18,801 bases of DNA from Selaginella moellendorffii. Its lineage: Eukaryota > Plantae > Lycopodiophyta. The position numbers and the translations under genes are program-made. The DNA lies in assembly GCF_000143415.4 (NCBI RefSeq), contig NW_003314470.1:1-18801 (forward strand), written 5' to 3'. Numbering within the stretch: the stretch's first letter is position 1; each line of letters starts with the position of its first letter. This document shows, one piece after another, positions 9,791-18,801 of the stretch. The notes below the pieces were generated by a model. The model was not told the origin of the DNA. It worked only from the letters and a program-made list of their open reading frames with translations, and made no database searches.

Positions 9791-10694
9791 CCTTAGATCC
9801 GTCTTCACACCCTTAGATGTCACAATATGGCTTAGATATTCCACCTCCGACTTTGCAAATTCACATTTTCTCTTCTTTGCATAAAGTTTGCTGTCTTAGA
9901 GTAACAAAAGAACCTTGCACAAATGCACCTTATGCTCCTCCATATTCTTGCTAAAAACAAGAATATCGTCCAAGAAAATCTCCACAAACTCATGAAGATA
10001 ACGCCCAAATACCTCCATCATCAACCGAGTAAATGTGGTTGGTGCATTCATCAAACCAAATGGCATAACTATAAACTCAAAATGTCTGAAGCTTGTATTA
10101 AATGCCGTCTTGGAGATAGATGCATCATCTATTGCAATCTGATGATATCCACTCCTTAGATCAATCTTGGTAAACACTCGTGCTTCACCAAGCTTGTCTA
10201 GGATATCATCCACATGTAGCATTGGCATCTTATCCTTCACTGTCTTCTTGTTCAAAGCATGTAGTCAATACACATCCGCATTGAACTGTCCTTCTTTTTC
10301 ACAAGCAAGACCAGAGCACCAAATGGGGACTTATTTGGCTGAATAAATCCAAACTCAAGTAACTCTTTGACTTGTCGTTGAACTTCTTGCTCCTCCACAT
10401 AACTTAACTGAAATGGATGTCGGTAAATTGGCTGCATCCCTGGCTCCAATGTAATCCCATGCTCCACACCTCATAATGGAGGCAACCCATGAGGAAGTTC
10501 ACATGGAAAAACATCAGAAAACTCGTCAAGTACATCTTGTACTACTGCTTCTTCCCCACACGTGCCTTGGGCCCCCAAGTCACAAACAAACAACAAGTAA
10601 TTCGAAAGTGATTTTCCATTAGGATAAACCTACTTCAAAGATGTAGCAGAGAGCATAATAACTTGTGGTTGAATGCCCTCGCCAAACCACACAT
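9791..10694 (-). pseudogene. Gypsy reverse transcriptase (frameshifted) and PR-RT linker
   Basis: EFSDVFP, HGITLEPG, SPFGALVLLVKKKDSSMRMCIDY, frameshift near 10255, FTKIDLRSGYHQI, MPFGLMNAP, FLDDIL (YxDD-type motif). Confidence 0.92.
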
Positions 10695-11905
10695 TGTAAG
10701 GAACCAACTCGCCAAGGTGTCGTAGGCTAAAGGAGCCCCGAAAGCATGACCAAAATGATAAAGAGTTCATCGGATGGGACCGAGTCTAACATCGAGTCCA
10801 AGACCGACTCTAAGACCGAGTTCGAAATAGAGTCCAAAATCGAGTCCGAGGCCAACTGGGAGACCGAGTTCAAGACCGAGTTTGAGACCGAGTTCAAGAC
10901 GGAGTCCGAGATTCGAAATCAGGTCCAAGACCGAGTCCGAGGTTGAGTCCGAGGTCGGGTCCGAGATCGAGTCCGAGACCGAATCCGAAGTCAGATCTGA
11001 GATCGAGCCAGAGACTAAGTCCAAATACTAATACGGGTCACGGAGTGAAAGCCCAAAGCGTGCGTCTCCCGGGATGGGGGGTTGNNNNNNNNNNNNNNNN
11101 NNNNNNNNNNNNNNNNNNNNNNNNNNNNNNNNNNNNNNNNNNNNNNNNNNNNNNNNNNNNNNNNNNNNNNNNNNNNNNNNNNNNAAAAGTATAGTAAGGA
11201 TAGTGAGGTCTAGGAACCAGTTTTGAAGGAACTCTCCAATGGGGCTTCCAAACTGACTTGAGGTTGGGACTGGGACCGAGGGGCCTTAGGTGGGAGTGAG
11301 CATGGACGTGGTTGGTGCCAGAGGGGCCATCCAAGGAAGTGCTCAAGAGCAGCTCCCACTCCCGAAAGGGAAACCGACTGTGGTGCTCCTGGCTCATGTG
11401 GAGTGGTGCCCCACTTGAGTACCATGCGGCTCATTGGTCCTCGCCCTTCCCAGGAGCTTGGACCTTCCCTTTAGGATGGAAGTGGGTGGGTAGAGGTACC
11501 CATACTGAGCCGTTCGGCCACGGTGTTTTGCCCCGGCGTCCCGAAGCAAGTGTTGCACCCAAGACTTGGGATTTAGAGGGTCCCATGATCAAGTCTTGTG
11601 GTACCAAGGGATGTTAGGAATCTGGAAGCTTGGTGTGCTTGGCTGCTTGTGCTTGTGGGGAGTGTAGCCGAACCTTAAGTCCAGTCTAACCCGGGGAGGG
11701 GGATTGGGAGAGATTCGGGAATCCGTGGATGGATAGCTAACACTCCGTTGCTCGTGCAGTGAGTAGCTGAAACCAAGTAGGACCAAGTAGGAGCTGGTAC
11801 CATAGGCGGGAACCTTGGCGAGGGAACTTAGCAAAAGCCAAGGCAGTGTTGGACGGATAGATGAGATAAGCTGGCAAATTGGAAAGGAAAAATTTGTGGC
11901 TTACA
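10695..11905. mobile_element. Nested solo-LTR-like insertion with 5-bp target-site duplication
   Basis: Starts TGTAAG (10695) and ends CTTACA (11905), a 6-bp terminal inverted repeat with TG..CA ends. Flanked by direct repeat CACAT (10690-10694 and 11906-11910). Interrupts the PR-RT linker. Contains a 100-N gap (11085-11184). Confidence 0.85.
10776..11022. repeat. Degenerate hexamer-based tandem repeat (GAGTCC/GAGACC-like) inside the nested insertion
   Basis: Repeated ccgagt/agacc/gagtcc units, same family as 8086-8250. Confidence 0.85.
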
Positions 11906-11910
11906 CACAT

Positions 11911-12260
11911 CTTTAACGCCACCATACTTTAGCAAGATATGCTTAATACTTCACTTTATCTCTGGATCCACCTTCACCAACCATGGCATCCCAAGAATGA
12001 GATCCACACGATGGATATTCGCAAGATAAAAAGTCTCCACAAGTGTGGTTTTGCCAACCAACACTTCCAACCCCTCGACACAAGCATCGAAATGCTGAGC
12101 AAAGGTAGTTGCACCTTCCACTATGTATGGAAGAACTCCACGTGTGACCAGGCCATGCTTTGCAACAAACTTGGCTGAAACAAAGTTGTCATCACCCACT
12201 ATCCAGTAAAATCCGCACTGGATGGCCACGGAACACACCCTCCAGCATTAAAGCTGATTC
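11911..12260 (-). pseudogene. Gypsy aspartic protease (frameshifted)
   Basis: RILLDSG (~12196-12216), then a frameshift into DDNFV...DLILGMPWL. Confidence 0.85.
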
Positions 12261-12439
12261 ACGCGTATCCTTGAGCTCCATCTTGTTCCACACACAGTTG
12301 AGCTGACGAGCCACGATCGAAAGTCTCTTCTTCTGACAGGAATGGTCGTTCTCGTCATCCTCACACTGCAAAGTTTGTAACTTTTTAGTATCTGACTTAC
12401 CGTGAGAAGAAAATTGGGCATTCTTCTTGTCCTGCTGCT

Positions 12440-13085
12440 TGTTCTTTAACTGTGGACAATCAGCCTTGTAGTGTCCAAGTCCACAATGATGACAACCCTA
12501 TCTATAATTCTTTATAAAGAACTTCTGCTTCTTGGACCCCTTTGCATCCGAAGTAGTCACCACTAACTTCAATTTGTGATGCTTGTTCCCATCCTTGTGT
12601 CCATGGCAATCATCACGACGATTCTTGACAGAAGGACTCCACGAACGCTTGCGAGACTTGTGCTTGTCATTGTCAAGTCGACAAGCCGCATCATAGAGCT
12701 CCTCCAAACTCTTTGTAGGCTGAGAATGATGTAAATGTTGCCATATGCTCTCACTATATAGGCCATCAATGAAGTAGGACTTGTTCTGATTTGGATCCTT
12801 CGTTGGAACACAACTAATCAAGCGAGTCAGCTTCTCAATATAGTCCCCAAGTGTCATTTTCCCTTGCTGGAAATGTTGAAGTTCTGTACGAGCATTCTCC
12901 ACGTCGTAATGAGGGGCAAAACGTAAACAAAAAGCAGCCTCAAACTCATCCATGGTAGACACTGGTGGTTTCTTATCTACAACACAAGACTCCTCAAGCC
13001 AATTCCACCATCGAAAACCCACAGCACACAAAACCATTGGAATAGCCACTAAAACCTCTGCATTTGGAGTTCCCCTAGCAGCCAA
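12440..13085 (-). pseudogene. Retrotransposon Gag with degenerate Zn knuckle
   Basis: WWNWL...EFEAAFCLRF...ARTELQHFQQGKMTLGDYIEKL...FIDGL. In-frame TAG at 12498-12500 is followed by CHHCGLGHYKADC. Confidence 0.85.
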
Positions 13086-13123
13086 GAACTCAGGTGCAAG
13101 CTAGTAACATAAAGCTTCATAAA

Positions 13124-13138
13124 GCTCTGATTATACCA
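13124..13138 (-). other. Primer-binding-site-like sequence (tRNA-iMet type, with 3-nt insertion)
   Basis: Minus strand reads ...AACA TGC TGGTATAATCAGAGC versus canonical TGGTATCAGAGC. It lies just 5' of gag with a CA 3 nt upstream. Confidence 0.55.
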
Positions 13139-13394
13139 GCATGTTCTCTGTTTGAATTGTAGTGAGAAAACTCCCACAATCCACTTCCTGCTCAAAAAGA
13201 CACTAATTGGCCTACATAGCCTAGACCAGTACCTGAAAATCGCATTCTCCCAAGCAATCTGCTGCTGACGGACCTGCTGTTGAAGAGTTCTGACCCGCCA
13301 TATGTCAATTGCTCCTCAACTGCAAGCAAATCCACCACAATGCTTGTTCCCCGCCACCCTCACCGCAATTCTGATCGGAAAGAACTTCTGGTTG

Positions 13395-14053
13395 CTTCTT
13401 CAGCTGCTTCATTGCCTTAAGGGTCTAAAACAGGACTCAGGAGAACAAGGTAGTGGTGTTCATTTGAACAAAGGCAATGAAGCAGCTGAAGAAGTACAGC
13501 AGGCAAGAGCAAAAATCTACAAGTTGTGTGCTGACTGTTCTTTGCTATTGGAGAGTTGCGTGAAGGATGTGTAGTGTTGAGCATCGATGTAAACCATTCT
13601 GTTATTTCAAACGACAAATTGGTCAAGTGCTAGATGGAGCCACCATGGCAGAAGAGGAGGTGGGGTCTAATGATGTTGAATTGCTTAAACCAGAAAGGGA
13701 TCCATTTGAAGCGGAAGGACCGCCGTCTNNNNNNNNNNNNNNNNNNNNNNNNNNNNNNNNNNNNNNNNNNNNNNNNNNNNNNNNNNNNNNNNNNNNNNNN
13801 NNNNNNNNNNNNNNNNNNNNNNNNNNNNNNNNNNNNNNNNNNNNNNNNNNNNNNNNNNNNNNNNNNNNNNNNNNNNNNNNNNNNNNNNNNNNNNNNNNNN
13901 NNNNNNNNNNNNNNNNNNNNNNNNNNNNNNNNTGTCTGCACTCATGTTTTGAGGTTTGTGCTCTAGCTTGCAGTACTTCCTCAGCTGTTTCATTGCCTTT
14001 GTTCAAATGAACACCACTCCCTTGTTCTCCTGAGTCCTGTTTTAGACCCTTAA
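13395..14053. repeat. Inverted duplication: arms 13417-~13535 and 13933-14053, plus a perfect 24-bp inverted repeat 13395-13418/13471-13494
   Basis: The reverse complement of 13933-14053 aligns to 13417 onward and is near-identical over the first ~75 bp. CTTCTTCAGCTGCTTCATTGCCTT and AAGGCAATGAAGCAGCTGAAGAAG are exact reverse complements. A 204-N gap (13729-13932) lies between the arms. Confidence 0.9.
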
Positions 14054-14450
14054 TTGTAACTTCTTGAAAAAATGACGTTCACTTTTGTAGTAGACTGTTT
14101 ATTGGATTGCAAGCTCTGCTGCAACCACTAATGCCAATTTTTTAGGCAACTCATCACAAAAGCCAGGTCGACAATCTCATCCACAAGGAACCCAGAAAAT
14201 CCAAGTTGACGCCCTTGATGGTGAATTTCAACACCTCAGCCCGTTTCAGAAAATATGTCTCCCACTCGGCTGCTCAGCTCAATCCTAGTTTTCAGGACTT
14301 ACCTTCAATTTGCAGCACACACAACTTGGCCCATGAATGATCAGGACAGTGAAGCTGCACTTCAATTTTGAACATGAAAATGAGTGAAGCTAAACAGCTC
14401 AGGAATCGTTTCTCATACTTTCAGCAGCTGCTTCAAAATTCGCCAATTTT
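13933..14450 (-). pseudogene. Degenerate gene remnant of unknown product, divergent from the aminopeptidase
   Basis: Minus-strand coding-like fragments (CPDHSWAKLCVLQIE | GTAAGT donor near 14302 | EWETYFLKRAEVLKF...QEVTIKGLKQDSGEQG), with stops and frameshifts. Confidence 0.35.
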
Positions 14451-14469
14451 GATTCACATGAAAAAGCTC

Positions 14470-14690
14470 AACAGAAGCATATTCCCAAGATGCCCGATTT
14501 CGTGAGATTGGGCGCGCACGCGGTGAAAACCTCACAGCCGTCCGATCCTGATTTTTCCCTGCGGACCACGCGATCGTGCCGTCGAATCCACCACAAAAAA
14601 ATCTGGGCCGTCCTCGGCCGTTTGATCCTGACCGCAGATCCGTTTTTATTGTTTGTAATATAAGTTGAGGGAAGAAAGTTTGGCTCAGCT
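14470..14690 (+). promoter_or_regulatory. Proximal promoter of the aminopeptidase gene
   Basis: GC/CpG-rich patch, site-II-like TGGGCC (~14604) and TATA-like TAATATAAG (~14656), ~35 bp upstream of the ATG. Confidence 0.35.
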
Positions 14691-17600
14691 ATGGCGAGCA
14701 GTCGATTGCCCAAAACTGTGCTGCCTCGTCGCTATGAGCTGGAGCTATGGGTGGATCTCGATGCCTGTGCATTCAAAGGCAAGCTCCAAATTCTCCTGGA
14801 CATTGTGGAGCCAGTTTCCAAAGTTGTCCTGAATGTTGCGGATCTTATTCTGGAAACTGAATCGCTATGTTTGCGCTATGTGGAGGATTTCGATGAGGTT
14901 TTCCTCTCTGCCTTCGAGTGTTCTGCTTGAAATTTGTCTTGATGTGCACATTGGTTTGTACAGATCGTTCATCCAGCGGCATCTACAGTCGATCAAGAGA
15001 ATGAACTGCTAGTGTTGAACTTCGGTGAAAAAAAACTGCATGTAGGAAAAGCAACTCTGTTTATCGACTATCATGGATTGCTCAACGAGAAGCTTGACGC
15101 ATTTTATCGAAGGTACACTGGTATTCAGTATTTTTCAATAACAAACTTTTCCGCTGCACAGCACTTACAAGAGCGGAGGGGTTGAGAAAAACATGGCTGT
15201 AACAGTTTTTGAGCCTGCTGATGCACGAAGGTGCTTCCCTTGCTGGGATGAACCAGATTTTAAGGTACTATACTACAATCTTTACGAGTATATCTTCTGA
15301 CTGTTTCTCCTCATCTTATAGGCGTGTTTTAAATTTAAAGTTCATGTTCCTGTCGATCGCATGGTCCTGTCAACTATGCCTGCTCTGCAGGAGGTAGTAA
15401 ACAGGAACACCAAGATGGTTGAGTTTCAAGAATCTCCTCTAATTNNNNNNNNNNNNNNNNNNNNNNNNNNNNNNNNNNNNNNNNNNNNNNNNNNNNNNNN
15501 NNNNNNNNNNNNNNNNNNNNNNNNNNNNNNNNNNNNNNNNNNNNATAGTTTTTCTGGATGATGCTTTGTTGGTAGATGAAAATACTACAACTTTGAAGAA
15601 ACAGGAGGTGAGATTGTATCTGAAGCACGTTGTGCACTGATGCTAATTTTTTCCGTGTATTTTTGCAGGTTGCTATAAACGTGGCTCATGAAGTTGGGCA
15701 CATGTGGTTTGGTAACCTTGTCACACTAGAATGGTGGACTCATATCTGGCTTAACGAAGGCATGGCTACTTGGGTATGTACTTTCAATAGTGTTGAGATT
15801 AAGATCAATGCTGGTGGTTTGCAGATTAGTTATATGGCTGTCGATTATCTTTTCCCCGACTGGAACATCTGGATGGAATTTCACAAAGAAATCATGTATG
15901 ATGCTTTCAAGTTGGATGCCTTGGAATCAACTCATCCAGTTGAGGTACCTCAAGTCTGAATTTTTATCAAGCATACTCTTTTACACTCTGCTTTCACAGA
16001 TGGAAGTGCAGCATGCTCGTCAAACCATGGAAGTCTTTGATGTTATTGGCTATTGCAAGGGAGCCTCACTAATTTATATGCTGCAAGACTATGTTGGTCT
16101 AACGGATATCCAGGTCAGTAGTTAGCCTTAAGTGAACAAGTGGAATTCTATCTTTTCTTTTCTTTTTCCCTCCTGCAGAGAGGCTTGCAACTGTACATGG
16201 AGAAATTTGCCTTTAGTAACGCAAAGTCAGACGATTTATGGGATTGTATCCAGGAAGTAACTGGAAAACCAATCAAAGACTTGATGTGCTCTTGGACAAA
16301 GCTGAACGGGTATCCAATTTTGAAGGCCACAATGCTGAATGACCATGAGCTAGAGATTGAACAGGTAAGACTGTCTCATAGATTTTATATTTGGTCTCAA
16401 ATGCAAACTTCTTTCGTGCACTAGACTCGGTTTCTTGCAAGTGGACAGCCCGCCGAGGGGCAATGGATAGTTCCTGTTAAACTTATTTCGGGATCTTACA
16501 ACTGCCAACAAAGTATATTGCTCAAGGACAGAAAGTGTATAGTTCGCCTGCCAGCACGAACTGTAGTGAAACTTAACATTGGACAAAGCGGATTCTATCG
16601 CGTGGAGTATGATGAACAACTGCTTACAGCTTTGAAAGACTCAATTTCCTCAGGCTGGCTTTCTCCTGTCGATAGACTAGGTGGGTCTTTCTTTACCAGA
16701 ATTATCCCCAGACCAATCCTATTACAGGTGTTCTGGACGATATGTTTGCCTTATGCCAGTCCACAAGACAGCCCCTGTCTGCTTTATTGTCTCTCCTGGA
16801 GGTTTACAGACAGGAAGACGATCCCACCGTCTTGTCACATATGATCACCGTACGTGTAGCTTCTGGTTTTTGCAGTTCTTACGAAACCCAATATCGTTCA
16901 TGACTGCAGGTTGCACTCTCTTTACTTGATGTGGTATCTGTTGCAATCCCAAGTTCAAAAGAAAGAGTAAGTAATTTCTTAGTTGGACTAATGGAAAACG
17001 CAACCAGGTATGTCCCTATTCTCTGTATAATATTTGCCTTTTACTATTGTCAAGTTTCTCCAGCAAACTCAGCTGGGAAGCCGTTCAAGGTGAAAGTCAT
17101 TTGAATTCCGGTCTCAGGGAGGAACTTTTGCATGCTTTAGTGGTTCTTGGGCATGAGAAAACCATATTGGAAGCCAAGAGGCGATTCAAGAACAAGGCGA
17201 TGGTCCCCCTGGCATCAAACATGTTGAAGGTAATGGTCTTTGACCAGTGTTGCCTTCTCTTACTAAATTTGCTCTCACAGGCCGCATATGCAAGTGTGAT
17301 GAAAGATTGTAATCGATATGGATTCGATGAGCTGCTTGAAATTTACAAATCTTCAGATAAGTTGGAGGAACGTAACCTGGCATTGAGTAAGTCATTCACT
17401 CCTGAAACTACAAATCTCTAAGCTGAAACTGCCATTCCCAGGCACACTGGCAGGATCTTCCGACCCTGTCCTCGTCGTTGAAGCTTTGAATTTTTCACTA
17501 TCCCCAGCGGTTAGTCCCGTTACTCTTCCAAGTTCGTATATTTGTCATACTTTTCCTTCAGGTGCGGCCTCAAAACGTCACCGACATCTTCTCCGGGTTA

Positions 17601-17995
17601 ACAATAACCAACGGTATCACAGCTTGGAACTGGCTCAAGGTACAACTCAAAACTGTGGTGGTTAATGCACGAATTATAGTCCTCTGTCTCAGGAAAATTG
17701 GGGTCCAGTGCACGCAAAATTAGGAGAAGGTTTCCTGCTGCGCAGACTTGTGGACAGAGTTGCCTCAAAGGTCTGGCTTCAAGCAAAGCTTTTTCTTTTC
17801 TCTCCCTCTTCTGATTTTTGGTTACAGCTTTGGACTAGCGATATCGTAGATGATGTCAAAGAGACTATATCTTCCAGAATTTCCTTCTTCCGAAAGTTTT
17901 CTGGCCGGTGCAGTGAGAAAGTGAAACTCATGGCTCTATGGGTCGAAGCCATAAGAAGACAAGACTCAACTCCAACTCCAACCCAATCTTTGTGA
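14691..17995 (+). CDS. M1-family zinc aminopeptidase (puromycin-sensitive/APM1-like), at least 18 exons, partly hidden by a gap
   Basis: [34 protein letters not shown]-x18-E (15687-15758; [19 protein letters not shown]), [24 protein letters not shown]. Exons: 14691-14897, 14964-15112, 15162-15264, 15322-gap, gap-15607, 15669-15773, 15825-15944, 16000-16113, 16179-16364, 16425-16680, 16728-16849, 16910-17007, 17064-17229, 17281-17386, 17442-17509, 17562-17639, 17693-17770, 17828-17995. Confidence 0.93.
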
Positions 17996-18044
17996 GCGAT
18001 TGTCAACTTACCGACCAAGCAAATTCAACAATATGAACCAAATT

Positions 18045-18801
18045 CTACAGAAACTTGTCTATAGAACTCATGCTCCCGTAGAGATCACTCATCAGCACGT
18101 AGGCACTTGCATCTTCCTTTGTGCCAACAGCCTGCACCAGTGCCTCAAATGTAACCTTGCCAATCTCCACGTTCCCCCATTTCCTACAGGATCCGAGCAG
18201 AATCCTCCAAGTTACAGCATCAGCTCCAACTGGAATGCTGTTCACAACTACTAGTGCTTCTTCAAGTCTGTTTGCTCGGCCAAGAATGTCGACTATACAG
18301 TTATAGTGCTCCACACTCTTCCTGATGCCCAATCCTGTCATGGAATCGAAGTAATGTTTCCCCTCTTCCACCAGGCCTGCATGGCTGCAAGCCGTGCGAA
18401 TAGAAATGAATGTGATGGCATCAATGTTAAGCCCAGCCTTCTGAATCTTCTTCACCAGACTGAATACTTGAGTCGAATCTCCTAATGAACTATATCCTCC
18501 CAGCAATGAGTTCCAGCAGATTATATCTGGAGAGGGCATGTTGTTGAAACACTCTTCAGCTCTGTTCATGCTGCCACACTTTCCATAACAGTCCAACAAA
18601 CCGATTGCTACTGGACGAACCTGTTCGAATCCAAGCTGGCAGATGGTAGCATGAATCTTTTGCCCGGCTTGTAGTTCAGCCAAGCTTCCACATGCCTAAA
18701 TCACAGCTGCATATGTGGAACAGTCTGGCTGACAATCCATTCTAGCGTGTAAGCCCATGGCTGCCAGGCATAGCTTCAAAACATGAACACGAACATGGCT
18801 T
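18045..18801 (-). pseudogene. PLS-class pentatricopeptide repeat gene with E-type C-terminus; in-frame stop; 5' end beyond the right edge
   Basis: LLDCYGKCG, WNSLLGGY, TACSHAGLVEEG, HYNCIVDILGRA, WRILLGSC, AYVLMSDLY. In-frame TAG at 18698-18696 (TYAAVI*ACG), and an apparent deletion/frameshift near 18762. Confidence 0.8.

Larger units (their letters stand above)
5650..13140 (-). mobile_element. Degenerate Ty3/Gypsy LTR retrotransposon (gag-PR-RT-RH-eroded IN); boundaries approximate
   Basis: Domain order gag, protease, RT, RNase H, integrase remnants on the minus strand is diagnostic of Ty3/Gypsy. PBS-like sequence at 13124-13138. No matching LTR pair was identified, so the left boundary is a guess. 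Confidence 0.8.

Noticed and set aside
13567-14010. ORFs spanning N runs (also 10943-11397 and 15361-15637)
   Set aside because: Their length is an artefact of translating gaps.
13417-14053. MITE/Kolobok/piggyBac-like element with TTAA (or TA) TSD and ~120-bp TIRs
   Set aside because: TTAA is palindromic and simply part of the inverted arms. The arms look coding-derived, continue in frame into flanking sequence (QEVTIKGLKQ), and a third partial copy lies outside. Not fully excluded.

Overview
Eukaryotic, plant-like genomic DNA. The very short GT-AG introns (~47-66 bp), compact gene spacing and PLS-class PPR gene suggest a lycophyte such as Selaginella (inference). The window has three assembly gaps. 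Left to right: (1) A head-to-head gene pair, both apparently intact. One is a minus-strand multi-exon gene with an N-terminal ParB/Sulfiredoxin-like domain (VIDGNHRWLA) that runs off the left edge. The other is a plus-strand 4-exon, ~1062-aa Mutator-like DDE transposase with a GCM-like zinc domain, a second Cys-rich module and a C-terminal SWIM finger. This pair is the most interesting candidate system. (2) A minus-strand Ty3/Gypsy retroelement. Gag, protease, RT and RNase H are recognisable, but the integrase is almost completely eroded and split by a ~690-bp tandem repeat. A 1.2-kb TG..CA insertion with a 5-bp TSD is nested between protease and RT and is itself homologous to the eroded integrase. 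(3) An inverted-duplication structure in a gene remnant around a gap. (4) An M1 aminopeptidase gene of at least 18 exons with altered substrate-pocket motifs. (5) A convergent PPR (PLS-E) gene with an in-frame stop.
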